A program made the position numbers and the translations under genes. The notes beneath the pieces were generated by a model. It was not told the DNA's origin. It was given only the letters and a program-made list of their open reading frames with translations, and ran no database searches. Positions 48,415 through 64,000 of a DNA stretch of 64,000 bases are shown here, piece after piece; position 1 is the first letter of the stretch; each line of letters starts with the position of its first letter. Origin of the DNA: Eledone cirrhosa (taxonomy: Eukaryota); assembly GCA_964016885.1 (NCBI GenBank), contig OZ024742.1, positions 311,674,001-311,738,000 on the forward strand. The letters are read 5' to 3'.

Positions 48415-48651
48415 TAGAAAGTGAGGTTTTTTTTACAAAATGAAAAATAACCGAGGTGTCCTACACGAGTGAAAGTATAAAGAAAAAAAGATGAAATCGA
48501 AAATGCAACTGGAGTCTTATTTTTTTTAAAAATATATATATTTATTTGGTTCCTTTACCGGTTTCGCAGTTCTTCTGCTTTTCAAAAGTAGAGTTGAGAT
48601 GGAGGGTCTGTGGTTCTTCTCACATCTGTATATATATATATATATACATAC

Positions 48652-51600
48652 AATATATTAATAAATGGAAACTATATTTATAAAACCATATTTATTTTAT
48701 TATATATATTTCAAGGGCAACCAAGGCAAATTATGGTGCGCTTTCATCAGATAAAATATAGATTTGTTTTATAAATAAATATTGACATGCACGTAAAATA
48801 TTAATTGAATTTAGCAACCACCTTTGGACTAGAGCAGATAGGGATAACAATTTCGATATCACTATGGGATCATCGGATTCGGCGCAATTAACAGATCTTG
48901 TGGGGCTTTTTATTAACAATACTTTACATAGGAAAATACCAGAGATAACCGGTGGTTTATATCGTGACGATATGCTATTGATTATTGAAAATAATAATAA
49001 TTGTGAAATAAATAGGAAAAGAAAAGAAATTATACAATTTTTTAATAGCGTTAATCTTAAAGTAGAAGTAGAGAATAATTATAAAATAGTTAATTTTTTT
49101 AGATGTAACTTTAAACCTTAATACTGGTCTTTATTATCCATTTCATAAAATCAATGAGAATTTAAACTATGTTAACTTTAATTCCAATCACCCCAGATCC
49201 GTTAAAAACACTACTGTAAATTCTGTGCAGCAACGTATTTCTAGAATTTCAGCGAATAAAAATATATTTGAAGATAAAGCACAATATTATAACGAAGCGT
49301 TAAGTAGAGCAGGCTATAGTAATGAAATTAAATACATTGATAATAAGGATGTGCCAATTAACCATAACTATAAATATAATTATAATAGGAAACCTTGCAC
49401 CAACTCGAAAATCAAAAGAAGAAATAGAACTAGAAATATATTATGGTTCGCTCCCCCTTTCTCATTAAGTATTAAAACTCCAATAGCTAAACTATTTTTT
49501 AAAGCTCTTGATAAGTGTTTTCCTAAGACACAGATATTACTCAATCTTTAATAGACATACTATTAAACTCTCATATTCCACCACTATGAATTTAGCGCAG
49601 AATATTAATAGAATTAATAATAGAAACTTAAAACCTAACCAGAATAACAGTAATACCTCCAGCAATATCCAATATAATGTTACGGCTCCCAATAATATAA
49701 ATTCAGATAAATGTAATTGTAGAAATAAATCTAACTGTCCTCTAAATAATAACTGTTTAGTTAAAAATATAGTATACAATTGTAATGTCAAAACCAATGA
49801 AAATTCCTTTAACTATGTCGGCTCTACTTCCAAAGACTTCAAATCTTGTTTCAATAACCATAAATGTTCCTTTACGAATATTGGTAAAAAATCTTCAACT
49901 TCTCTATCCAACTTATTATGGAACTTAAAATCCAAGAATATTAACTATTCTTTATCTTGGGAAATTATCTCCAAAGCTCCTTCATACACAGCTCTATCCA
50001 AAAATTGTTCCCTTTGCGTTGAAGAAATATTCTTTATACTAAAAAGTAAGAACTCTATTAATTTGCGTAATAATTTATTTAGTTCTTGTAAACATCGTTT
50101 AAACTCAACTTTTAGATATATATATAAAATGTAATATATGGTTAATCTCCTTTACATAATATTTTCTATATCCAACCACCTACAACTTCATCCTTCAGAT
50201 TATATCTATATATGATTCATATATATTTAATTTACTTTCTATTATCTCTACTTCATAAATACACTTTATATTATTACATTTATCAATTGATTATAACCTT
50301 TTTATATGACTATTTGAAATTCTTTTAATAAAAATTTTCCTTGAAAGACTTTCTGAAGGTTTTAGAAAATTCTTTGAAAGTTCCTTTGAAAGATATGGAA
50401 AAACCATTATTTTCATATCTTCCAATATTTTATATCTTCAAACATTTTTAATATATATCCAAATATTTATATATATGTGGAATAACATATGATTTTTATA
50501 TATATATGTGGAATAACCTATGGTTTATGTTTTAATTATATTCTTAAGATAAATTTTTTAACTTTATAACAATTATGACTTCTTATAAAATAACCTATGG
50601 TTTATGTTTTAATTATATTCTTAAGATAAATATATGACTTCTTATAACATAACATATGGTTTATGTTTTAATTATATTCTTAAGATAACATTTTTTTAAC
50701 TTTATAACATTTCTGACTTCTCATAAAAAATTTATGAAAAATAAAAAAAAATTTTTTTTTTGAAAGAAGGTTTTTTGAAGGTTTTTTTATGTATCCTTGG
50801 AGTCATTTGAGTTCTTAAAAAATCACTTCTAACTTCCTTTATACTTCCTTACTGTTTTTATAATATAATCAAGTAGTTATTCCTTTGTAAACTCTCGTAA
50901 ATTTTCATAAATTTTGAACTATTTGGATGTTTAAGTTTTGACTTACAACTATTAATAAATATAATTTTGCCAAACTTACTTTAATCAAATAAACTATACT
51001 AGATTTTCTCTAATGTAAAATGCTATATATTTATTTAAATAATTTATAATCCATAACATACACATCTAAACGAATATATTATTACTAATACATCCTAATA
51101 TAATATAAATACTTCTGTTTTAATTTTAATTTTTAATTTTTAATATTAATATTAAATTAAATTTTTAATATTAAGGTAAATTTTAATCTTTAATTTTGAT
51201 TTTTAATTTTTAATTTTAATTTTTTCAACTTATCATTATAAATATTATAATCACAACGTAATGAACCATACATTCTAAATATTATTCTTCCACGTTAATC
51301 TTATTTCTTCTTTCACTTAGATATATTCTTCCATTAATATTTATTTCTTCGTTCACTCTTGACTATCTTCACTATCACTATGTATAATCGTTTTTTCTTT
51401 CCTCTTCTCTCTTTCTCCTTCCTTTTCTTTTTCTTTTTCTTTTCTCTCTCCCTTACATATCCTCTTCTTCCAACAGTTTAATTTAAATAAACCGTTATCT
51501 TTTCAACTTTTCGGACACTCATTTGCATACTCACTCATAACTTTGTATTACCTTCAATAAAATATTATCTCCACTATCCAGGAAGCTCCAACCGTTAAGG

Positions 51601-51843
51601 TTGTCTTTTTCCGGGTATGTCAATATTTATTTATAAAACAAATTTGTATTTTATCTGATGAAAGCGCACCATAATTTGCCTTGGTTGCCCTTGAAATATA
51701 TATAATAAAATAAATATGGTTTTATAAATATAGTTTCCATTTATTAATATATTGTGTATTTACTCCACTAACTTGTTGAGTGCTTCATATCAGTTATAAA
51801 AATGTTTAAGCTTGTTGAATCCCAACAAATTAAATATAACCTC

Positions 51844-51847
<4 letters not shown>
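48652..51847 (+). mobile_element. 5'-truncated Hydra-type PLE with short inverted arm; HHR at 51647-51712
   Basis: 48652-48790 is the reverse complement of ~51618-51755; TATTTTAT-CTGATGA-AAG..CTT-GAAA-TATATA-TA-ATAAAATA. Confidence 0.88.
48820..50134 (+). pseudogene. PLE RT/EN with two frameshifts
   Basis: FDITMGSSDSAQLTDLVG, GLYRDD, ILWFAPPF, CNCRNKSNCPLNNNC, YVGST, CSLC..CKH. Confidence 0.88.
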
Positions 51848-51891
<44 letters not shown>

Positions 51892-52399
51892 CACAGGTCC
51901 CAAATAATAAAGGGGTGGGGTTGGACATTGCAAAAATTCTTATAAGAGGGGGTCGGGAATCGGTAATTGTATAGTGTACGTTCATAAATATGGGATATAG
52001 TGAGGGGGAGAGTTTTGTGGTTGTAGAGGGGTTGTGGAGGGGATAATAAGTGAGATATAGGGAGGAGGAGAGTTTGTTGGTGATTGATATAGAGAAGGGC
52101 ATTGGGGGAGATAGGTGTAGATAGGTATAGAGATGGGGATAGTTTACTGGTGATATGTAAAGTGAGGGTGATTGGGAGAGATAATATGTAGGTGGGGATG
52201 GGATGCAGGGTGAGGGTGTAGGGTGGTGGGGATGGTGTGTAGTGTGGGTGTGTAGCTCCCCACCAATAGTTATATTCTTCTCCCCAAACTACCAAAAAAA
52301 ACACATCGATATGTATTTGCGCTACAATTCATGTACATGTTATGTTTATCGCATAACGAAGTTGATATTAATATCACTGTAATATGTTATTTTAATTAT

Positions 52400-52545
52400 C
52401 ATAGTAAATATTTGTTGGCGTTCAAATGGATAAATTGTTGCTGCTTCCAACTCGTGCAACCAACATAGAGTTGACCGTGGGAGAAACACGTAGTAGAGAG
52501 ATCAAGTCCAACTATCTTGAGGGATTGAATCTGAGATTTGTTAAC
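52400..52545 (-). pseudogene. Helitron PIF1-type helicase fragment
   Basis: [31 protein letters not shown] corresponds to helicase motifs V-VI. Confidence 0.75.
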
Positions 52546-52552
52546 TGAAATA

Positions 52553-52739
52553 ATTGTTTCTACTTTTGGCACAAGGCCAGCAATTAACCAGTGCATTGCT
52601 GGTACTTTATTTTATCGACCCCCGTAGGGATGAAAGGCAAAGTTAAACTCGGTGGGATTTGAACTCAGAATGGCAAGGGAAGTAACTCTATGCGTCAAAG
52701 CATGGCGTCCGACCCTCTACCGTTACTGCCAACCCACCG
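52553..52739 (-). mobile_element. tRNA-derived SINE
   Basis: Same family as 711-888. Confidence 0.85.
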
Positions 52740-53227
52740 AAAACTTAGTTGGACTAGAAACTGAAGCCTCTTAAATTCAAATGGAACAGACACACATACA
52801 CTCACACAAATTTATAAAAAAACACACAGGCATATATTCATACAGCGTTTCATTATGTCATACAGCGTTTCATTTTGTCAGTCGTCACAGAAATGTATGT
52901 ATACTCACACACCCATACACTCACACACATATCTTGTCAGTCACCACATATGTTTATGTATGTGTAGATGTGTGTGTTTAATTCTCTGTGTATCTGATTA
53001 AATATTTACGTGAAGATGTGTTTGTATGTAAGTTACTAAGACACAACATACGTAACGAACGTGTAAACACACCCACCCACACACTCACTGACACACACAC
53101 GTTCATATACAACATGTGACGTCATTGTCGTCGTGTTATAAAATGTCCGTTTACTTATAGTTGACTATAGAAAGATTATTTTAGATAAAATGTTATATTG
53201 TTTTAATCCAAATGAAAATAAAAATTA

Positions 53228-56200
53228 CATGTTGTGAGCGTTTTAGCGAAATTGATAGCTCTAAGGAGAAGTGGTAAAGTGATGGAGGAGTAGTAATTAT
53301 TGGTGTCGAATTGGATAAAACGGCAATGTTCCTTGTTCCATATGCCGTTGAATCAATCAATCACCGCGAAAGAATTGTTCCACAGTGCAAGAGGGGCCAA
53401 ATTTCTAATTTCAGGTATAATTCTATCAAGAATCCTTTTACTAAATCTACCTAAATCGGACTTCGTAGGGTTAATAAGCCGAATAGAGGGGTTGTTCGGA
53501 AAATTGGATTTGTGATCCTTCAGGGTAAAGTGGAGAGAAATAGGGTCCAGAGGTTCAGTTCGGTCCAGGATGCTGAGATCGGAGGTGATTTTAAACCCAG
53601 CATCGTTGATTTCATTAATGACGCCCCGATTAGTTTTACGGTAATCCTTAGTTACAGCATTATGTGGCAATTGGTGGTAAGTACTGCGTTCTACTTCATA
53701 TAGATTGTCAGTTTTGTCGGAATGGACGTGCACAGCATTAGAATCCTTAATAGAACGAATTCTATTCTTCAGGTCCTGCTGGAAGGAATTACTCCTATTC
53801 CGAAATTTGATACTCCGTATGAGTTCCAAGACAACATTTTCTAAGGGTAGCAATGCTGGGTTACTCGGAGCGTTATTATAGGTTTTAAACCCAAATTTAT
53901 CCTGTTTGTTGTCTGCTTTTCCCTGGTTGTCGAAATAAAAGGCACGCCAACGCAACCTTTTAATGAAAGCGTCTGTTTTCTGTATCAGGAGTTTTAGGTA
54001 TGTTTTCCTGCTAGGTACGGGTATGTTCTTTGTAGAAATATTCAGATGTTGTTTCTGCATGATGAATATAAGTCAATAGAGGGCTCAACCGAGGGAGCCA
54101 AATAGTAATAATAATAAATTTGAAGACTAAAATCCAAAGAGGGCTCGATAAGGATAAATATATATCAAATATATAAGAGAACCGTAGAGCAAATATTTAT
54201 TAAAATAACAGATTTAAGTTTAAGCAAAGAATCGCTGCTTTCACCCTTAACGGATCTTCTGAAACTAACAAAGTCAATCTGTGAACGCAGAAGTGAATAT
54301 TTCAAAAAAATTTGCAACCGGAGGAAGACAGGAAGACGATACTTTGTTCGTGGAAACGTTCCCTGGCAAAGAACAGGAAAAAAACGAATATAATACGTCA
54401 TTATTTGGAGCGGTGAAAAACAATTACACGCAAAGACAAAACCACGTTTATGGTATAAATGAAGTTGTAGACTAATATTCTATTAGGTGGTTCATAGAGA
54501 CGTTCTCTGGCAATGAACTGAAAAAACGAAGATAATACGTCATATGTGGGGCGGGGAGAACAATTGCACGCAAAGACAAAACCACGTAAATGGTATAACT
54601 GTAGTGGTAGACTAAAATTCTAACTAGGAAACCGAATGATTCTCGGCTTCAGAGTTAAGAATAAAGTAAATAAAATACAGAGGTAATTGAAATTAAATAA
54701 ATACATACACGCATCCATATACGTACATACACAAGCATACGCTAAAACACTCGCCATAGGTATACAAATACACGCACGAACACAACCCCCCGCCCACACC
54801 CCCCCAAAAAAACCCGCACGCACAATACAGAACCCACGCAACGCCTGTACCGTACGCATACGAATGTATAAACCAAATACACATAACAAAATATATAAAT
54901 AAATATATACGCATATAACAAGCGCACACACATACCTACATGTAAATACACATACGTTCGGGGACGTACGTCAACAAAAACACAAAGTATACATATACAC
55001 ACACCCTACATACGTACGAACCCGCATACACACACAGACGCAAAACTCCAGTATACACATAACCAAAAGCATATGTACCAGAATATATAATATATACGCC
55101 ATAACATATACAATCAAATATACGTACGAGAAAGTATACGCACCTACACAAAACATACAGGTAATATATACTTACCTATACAAATAAGTAATGGTATAAA
55201 CATAACATATACTTAGCTACCACATCAAGACGTAAAATATCCGCGTATAGTTCGTACTATCCGTTAGGGTATAATGTGGGGCTGTAATACAGGAAAGTTT
55301 TGTGCAATTTATGTTTACAAGCCGAAATTGCCTCAGATTTTTTGTTTAAGATGTGGTCTTTGGCGTAGAGTATTTCCAGGGCCTCAGCGGCGCAGGGGTT
55401 ACATGGTCTTTTATTTCCGTTATACGATCTAGCCCTAGCTAGGATCTCCCAGTGTAACTTATATTGGGTGTGGTTGTCTTTTAGACTCCAGATATAAGCT
55501 GAAAGTGACGTCATATTACTTCTTAAAGGGTAACGAAAAGAACGGGTATGCATGTAAAGACGCTGCTTGAATCTATTGGCGGTTAACCCTATGTAGGCCC
55601 TACGTGGGTGTTTCAACCTTACATTTGTAGACAATGTTACTAGAGAGGCATTTCCCGGATAGGGGGCAGTCAACCCGATTCCTACAATTAGAGTTAGTAC
55701 TAACTACAGGGTTGCATGTGTTCCTACGGCTAGGTAGTTTAGCTAAATTTGAAGCTGTGATGTTATGTGCAAGCTTAGGAGTCGTAGAGTAAGAAATTTT
55801 AATAGTATTTCTATTAAAAATTTTACTATATTTATGTGTAGGGGGAAAATGCTTCGTAATTAGAAAGATCTTAGCTAATGGTGTGGCCACCTCCATATTA
55901 TATGGTGGGTTATAATGCGTCGGGATATATTTCTTTTAGGTCTATTCTCGTACTCTGTAAAAGCTACCTTATCGACAAATCCACTCCGAGCAAGAACTTC
56001 ATTGTAATATGTGGAATGGTCGTTGAAAATATGCTCGTTAGTAGATAGGCGGGAAAGCCTCAAAGAAACGTTTCTTACCAGGTTCTTGGTTATGCTGGCA
56101 GGATGGTTAGAATGCTTACTTATGTAATTAAGCGTATCATTCGGCTTTCGATACGGGTAATGGAAGCCATTCGATAAATTGAGGGTAACGTCGAGGTAAT

Positions 56201-56622
56201 TAACGACCGAGAGGTTGGCCTCAACCTGTATGGAGAGGTTGAAGCCTTTAAAGAAAGCTGTGAGTTCTTTTCTGAACCTGTCATAAGCACGTGGGCCGCA
56301 CTTAGTCATGGTCAAAAGACCATCATCACGGTACAAACCACCGCCTACGTTGGGGAATTCTTTGCCAGCGAACGTTTCCACGAACCAAAGTATCGTCTTC
56401 CTGTCTTCCTCCGGTTGCAACGTTTTTTTAAATATTCACTTCTGCGTTCACAGATTGACTTTGTTAGTTTCAGAAGATCCCGTTAAGGATGAAAGCAGCG
56501 ATTCTTTGCTTAAACTTTAATCTGTTATTTTAATAAATATTTGCTCTACCGTTCTTACATATTTGATATATATTTATCCTTATCGAGCCTCTTTGGATTT
56601 TAGTCTTCAAATTTATTATTAT

Positions 56623-56627
<5 letters not shown>
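53228..56627 (-). mobile_element. Hydra-type PLE family A, permuted partial tandem (3' half, pLTR, 5' part) plus an opposite-strand pLTR at 56370-56627
   Basis: Minus 56365->55257 encodes the RT C-half and EN (GLYRDDGL, YIGLTA, CNPC..CKH); pLTR/HHR at ~54110-54300; ORF start 54060->53228 (HSDKT, LINPTKSD). Confidence 0.85.
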
Positions 56628-56690
<63 letters not shown>

Positions 56691-56827
56691 CTGTCTTCTT
56701 CGTCTCAGTTATAGCGCACACCATCTCTCTCTTTCTCTCACACGCACAATATTTATTTATTTCCCTTTCATTATCTCTCTCCATGCCTACACACACACAC
56801 ACACACACACACTCACACATATATATA

Positions 56828-56910
<83 letters not shown>

Positions 56911-56991
56911 GTATATATATATTAAGACAGGGGGGAAGAAAAAATGGCTTCACTTGTGCTTTCAACAAATTTATTTTCTTCACAAAATCCA

Positions 56992-59209
56992 AAAACCATC
57001 CTAGGAACATCACAAACAACCTGGTCAAAAACATCTCCCTCCGCATATCCCGTTTGTCAGCTAATGAGCGGATATTCGATGAACATGCGCCTTATTACAA
57101 CCAGGCCCTCAAGCGGAGTGGTTTCCGGGAGGAAATATCCTACTGTCCAGCTCCCATTAGCGGAACCAGCAGGAGACACCGCCGCTCACGCAATGTAACA
57201 TGGTTCAATCCTCCCCACAACGCAGAGGTGACAACTCCCATCGGGAAACTATTCTTTAGGCTCATTGAAAAACACTTCCCATTACAACACCGCTACCACA
57301 ACATAATTAACAAAAATACCATCAAACTCTCTTACAGCACTACACCAAACTTCGCACAAAACATCGTCTCCTCTAACAACAAAAAACTCAACCCCGATGG
57401 CAGAAATAACCTAAATAGCAGTGGAGAACCGACCAGGAGGTGTAACTGCCCGGATAGATCTATTTGCCCACTCGACAATAGATGCAGAGACCGTAATGTG
57501 ATCTACCAGTGCAACGTGAGGACGGATACCTCCAACAAAGCCTATATAGGACTTACCGCATGTGACTTCAAGACCCGGCTATACCAACATAGACATACCT
57601 TCCGAAACCCGGCCCGGCGTCACGCCACTACACTTTCGGGCCACATATGGGACCTCAAGGACAACAACATCACCTATGATCTCACTTGGAGATTACTGTC
57701 CAGAGCCAATTCTTACACGGGAGGACGCCGTCCGTGCAATTTATGCTCGGAGGAAACTTTACAAATGCTGTTTTCGACGGACCAACTCCTAAACAAGAAA
57801 GATGAACTGGTTACTGCATGTAAACATAGATTGCGTAGGACTTACCTCGCCCTCAAACCCCATAATGACCGGGGGGGGGGGGGTAGACTAGGGCTATAAC
57901 ACCCCACTTGCCGATTTTGCAATGGGTAACCCCTGCTTGCCAAGGGAGACGTAAGATCTTCTTTGTATTCTTTTATCGCTTCCTTTATTTCCTTCCTTCC
58001 CCCCTCTCTCCTTAGTCCTTCTACCCCAGCTCTTCTCCTTTGTCGGCGTCTTTTCTCGCCCACCCGAGGCTGCCCTTTGGCCCCTTGTAGCCTTAGTACC
58101 CCCACCCCCTCCCCTAGTCTAGGATAGATTTGGCGGACTCCGCCCTTTATAGCAGTTGGTTTAGACCCCGGATACTTGTCCCCTTTTTCCGACCGCTCCC
58201 ACTATTCTCTGTGCCCTCTATATTTCTTAGTGGCACTTATGCCTTATTTTTTCGTTTCAGTATTTCTTTCTTCGCTTTTCTTTTGGGCGGGGTGGATTCT
58301 GAATTTATTCTTCCGTATTCTACCTTTACTTCGTACGAACTTTCATGTAGCTTGTTTTAGATCTTTTAGAGTTAGCATTAGTATATATTTTTCTCGGGAC
58401 TCAGAATTATTATCTCGTATTAGTTCACTTTGCTGCACTGGGTGGTTGCCGGAATTGTGCCCGGGATGGAAACCTTTATTGTTTATTTCGTGGTAGTCTC
58501 TTTAGTATTTTGGTCCCTTTTGTTGACCCGTCACCGTATCATTTACGTACTTATACCTCTTAAAAGAGTCCTCGCCTATTCCGTCCCACCTAGTTCTTTT
58601 ACTTATTTCGTTATTTCTTTATTTCTTTCTTTACTTCTTTCTTTCTTTATTTATTTATTTATTCTAGACTAACAATAGCTAGAGACCTAGGTCGTAGAAT
58701 TTAATTTACTTTACTTTTTTCTTTACACTCATTTGTTTTTCTTTACACTTATTTGCTTTTCTTCACTCTCAGTATTTTTTCTTTCCTATATATTTCTACC
58801 CCCCATTGTTCTACCTACCGTTCCGCTTCCTCCCCCTCCCCCTCCCCTGTATCTTCTTTGACCTCATGCCCAGCTGTAGCTGGCACTACAAACGCTTGAT
58901 TGGGGCTACTCCACCCCCTCCCCTCTTTCTCCTACTGGCAGGTTTAGCCACCATCTCCCCTACTAATTTGCAACCACAGAATTACTACTGATTTTTGACA
59001 ATCACTTTGACCATATATGGAATTACCCCTTGAGAAGATCGGCTATTTAAATACCAGGATAAATTTTCATTTAGTCCAGAATTAGCCGTCGAAACGGCTT
59101 GAGCTCAGCTGTCGGGGTCTTACTGGTTCCTATTACCCACTCTACTACCTCAAGTATTGAGTACTTTGGTGCGTTATGGTCCACCTGGTTCCTTACCACA
59201 TTTCCTTCG

Positions 59210-59211
<2 letters not shown>
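56992..59211 (+). mobile_element. 5'-truncated second copy of the family-B PLE
   Basis: Nearly identical to 36940-39128; EN domain intact; HHR at 59025-59118. Confidence 0.92.
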
Positions 59212-60520
<1,309 letters not shown>

Positions 60521-60601
60521 CACCGTTCATTCAGATATTCATGTGTATACATAGAAGAGGGGGGGGGGTAGTGAAATGGAATTTTACCTCCGAGTGTTAA
60601 T

Positions 60602-61090
60602 TCATTTTTTCGTGTTCAGTAGTGGTTTAAATTTTTCAATGAAGAATTCTTCTTTATATCTGCGGAAATGTTCGTTATCCGACCATATCTTGAAGAAAGG
60701 GAAGATTGTGAATTTTCCCTTCCCGCATGATGCAAAGTGTGCGCTACATGTGGTATTTCTGACTGTGGGGTCTTTAATCTGTTGTTTATGTACCCGGACT
60801 CTATCATGTAATCCCGTTCTGGTTTCCCCAATGTAATACTCTTTACACTGTGGACATGTTGCACAATATATTAGGTTTTTCGTTTTGCAGTTCATGTTAG
60901 CATTGACCTTGAAATTATCATGGTTTTTGAATGACAACTGTTTGCCCTCTTCGATGAGTTCACAGGTTCCACATCTAGGGTCCCTGCATTTCGTCACTTG
61001 CATTGATTCCATGTTGGTCGTAAATTTTGCCTTGGTAATTAGTTTTTTAAGGTTGGGTGCTTGGCGTCTGCTATAAATTATCTGCGTGTT
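60602..61090 (-). pseudogene. PLE GIY-YIG fragment
   Basis: CRDPRCGTC, NCKTKNLIYCATCPQCKEYYIGETR..RVRVH. Confidence 0.85.
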
Positions 61091-61600
61091 TGCCTGTGTA
61101 TCTGCCTGTGACCATTGTCAACACAAAAGCGATGCTAAAAGCTTTTTCCCCTGAATAAAGGAATTTTTCGAGAATGACCGGGGCAGGCCGCACTTGCTAG
61201 GTTTCTCCCCACCCAACCCTACTCACCGTCTCAACTCATTACTGCTATGAACACTTTTTCAACACACCTACACCCATGCACTTATTAAAAAGAAACCCCT
61301 ACCACACCACAGACATGTTAAATCCCTATATATAGAACAACACACCACATACACATCAGTTTGACAAGCGCACCTCAGCGTGAAAGGTCTTTCTAAAAAC
61401 GAAACAATACCTCCTACGTTAACCAAGAACTCCTAAGACCTAACCAACAACCAACAACTTAATTTATAAAATAATTTTTTTTAAGAAAAATTATTTTTGG
61501 ATTTTGTGAAGAAAATAAATTTGTTGAAAGCACAAGTGAAGCCATTTTTTCTTTCCCCCTGTCTTAATATACCTAACTGTACCAAGGATTACACACATTT

Positions 61601-61663
<63 letters not shown>

Positions 61664-61687
61664 CATACTATTTTATTTCTCATTCTT

Positions 61688-61723
61688 TCTTCTGATGAAG
61701 GACTAGCGTCCGAAACGTTAAGA
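61688..61723 (+). ncRNA. Minimal type I hammerhead ribozyme in the 5' pLTR of a Neptune-like PLE
   Basis: TCTT-CTGATGA-AGGAC-tagc-GTCC-GAAAC-GTT-AAGA; a decayed homologue lies at ~7225-7260(-). Confidence 0.8.
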
Positions 61724-62053
61724 TCCTCTTCCTGCTATATCAAGCGTTAACGTAATATGTACCTTCCATATACTGTACCGATTGCTTTGTTATTTCTATT
61801 TACCTTTTACGTACATATATATATATCAACGCTTACGTGGACCTCTCAAAATTCGTTGGATTTTCTGATTGGACTTTCACCTCGAAACTGGATACCAGCC
61901 CGGAGTACACCTGAACGTCCACCAGGAGATCTTTCGTATCTTTGAAATTTTCTTTGCTTCTTGCATTTAAATATTCCACGACTCTCTACTACTTTTCCTC
62001 TACTACATTCTTCTCACCCGTCCATTTTTCACTCCCACCCTAGTACCTTCAAT

Positions 62054-64000
62054 ATGTCCAATCCCAAATCTTTTCTCCGCCAGATCCATTCCACTCTCAA
62101 GCTCTTGCTCCAACCTCTCCCCCTATATACATCCAATCCTCCCTGCATCTCTCTAACCTCATCTTCACCAAAACACGATACAACAGTCACATCACATTTT
62201 AAGTCGCTGTCTCCACCACCACCTCATTTTCCGCGGTTTCCGACTCAAGTTTCCACCCACCTCTTACTCTGCTCCCACCACTGAGCCCATCCTTACCCGC
62301 TCCTCTCGTCAGCTCATGCGGGTGATCATTCGATCAACTCTCGCCCAAATCCGTTCTCTCGACCGAGATCTCCCCAAATCCTACCTCCATCTCTCCTCCA
62401 TTTGCCACCCTTTCCTCACCCAATCCCTTATCCAATTCATCCTTTACCTCAATCGCCTCCTTTTAAATTTCCTCACTTCCGCAAAAAACCATAAACTCGA
62501 CCCTCTCCGCTCCCCGCCTGCCGTCACCACCTATACTCATATCACCTCCAACCGTCAACTACCACTAAATCTGCACACGCTTTGCCCAACCACCTTGACC
62601 CCTCCGCTTCCGCCTCTTTCACTCCCTCACGTCCCTGCACTGTAGTTACCATACCCCAAGACCCACCACTCTCCGAACTGAGAGCTCCCTCCTCGCCCGT
62701 GGTTTGCGTTTTATACCAACCACATCTACCTGCGACGAGTTCCGCACACGTGCCGAAATTGAAAGGTTCTTCTGTCGATTAAAGCTGAAAGCTTTTTTTC
62801 ATCATCAACACGGACGGATGACTTCACTCGTCTCAGTCGCCGGCAATCACATTGGACCTTGACCTCTGGCCAGTTCAGCACCCTCGACTCCTTTGTCAAT
62901 ACTTGCCGGCGTACTGTGAATCGGTTCCGTTTCCATCAGCATTCTCGTCGCTCTAACATCACGCGAACTGAACTCTCCGCTCTTCGCAACCGTCGGTGTC
63001 GCGATGACATTGTCATCAAACCCGCTGACAAAGGTGGCGCTGTGGTGGTTTGGAGCGCTGACCTCTATAGGGCTGAGGCTTTCCGCCAGCTTCACAATAC
63101 CCTTTTTTAACGCCCTTAATATCCGACCCCACTCCTGGCTACCAACAACTCGTGTTCTCCACCATCCACAAGCTCATCTCCTCCTCTCACCTACCCCACA
63201 GCCACCAATCTTATTGTACGCACCCCTCGTACACCCACCATATACTTCCTCCCCAAAATACACAAACAAAATAATCCTGGCCGTCCTATCGTTTCTGCGT
63301 GCAACTGCCCCACAGAGATAATTTCTGAATATTTAGACACCATCCTCGCCCCGTTGGTCGGCTATCTCCCCTCCCACATCCACGATACAAATCATGCCCT
63401 TAGACTTTTCAACTCTTTCCCCTTCCCTCCTGGTCCCTCCCGCCTTCTCTTTACCCTGGACATCACTTCTTTCTATACCGCCATCCCACATGATGGCGGC
63501 CTCCGCGCTCTCCAGCACTACTACTCTTCTCCGTCTGGCTGAGCTTGTTCTCACCCTTAGTGGATTTTCTTTTTCGGGTGAATTTTACCAGAAGGTCTCT
63601 GGGGTAGCGATGGGAACCAGAATGGGTCCAATCTGTGCCAACTTTTTTGTTGGCTACGTCGAACCCCAGATCTTCTCCCAGTACGCTGGACCGACTCCTG
63701 AGCTATACGGTCGTTATATCGACGACTGTATCGGCGCCACCTCTCTATCACTAGAACAGCTCGACTGTTTTCTTTCTTTTGTCCAATCTTTCCATCCTGC
63801 TCTCAATTCACCGCCTCTGTCTCCGATTCTTCTGTCGCTTTTCTAGATATCTCTCTATCTATTAATCACTCTCACCACACCCTCTCTACTTCCATCTACA
63901 TTAAACCAACAGACTCCCAATCTTATCTCGACTTCACCTCCTCTCATCCAACCCACACCAAACACTCCATAGCCTATTCCCAATTTCTCCGTCTTCGTCG
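62054..64000 (+). pseudogene. Neptune-like PLE RT, frameshifted, runs off the window
   Basis: IKPADKGGAVVVW, YFLPKIHK, LDITSFYT, GVAMGTRMGP, GRYIDD; homologous to 43280-45737. Confidence 0.88.

Noticed and set aside
61495-61545. Hammerhead at GTGAAGA...GAAAGCAC
   Set aside because: Positions 3 and 8 (G and G) cannot pair and there is no NUH site with a stem I.

Overview
AT-rich eukaryotic, repeat-saturated DNA; I found no recognisable host gene. The tRNA-derived SINEs resemble octopus/cephalopod SINE families, so the source is probably a cephalopod (inference). The window is dominated by Penelope-like retroelements (PLEs; RT plus C-terminal GIY-YIG endonuclease) inserted into (TA)n microsatellites: one apparently intact Hydra-type PLE (34446-39130, ~721-aa ORF), several truncated or frameshifted PLEs of at least three lineages, and many short non-coding fold-back insertions. 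Reading these by eye gives more than a dozen different type I hammerhead ribozyme (HHR) families, including U3:A8 core variants. Most interesting: (1) a 466-bp, ORF-less, highly self-complementary HHR monomer in tandem (retrozyme/circular-RNA candidate); (2) a shared insertion rule in which each insertion is an asymmetric palindrome whose short arm stops at a TA just before a covarying RYTC...GARY hairpin; (3) a TATA+Inr-like promoter inside the stem II loop of one HHR that coincides with the 5' ends of insertions; (4) an ORF-less 636-bp TA-inserted family with a phased GA motif and no canonical HHR. SINEs, hAT MITEs, Helitron pieces and a CRE-like LINE fragment are also present. All structures were paired by eye and element boundaries are approximate.
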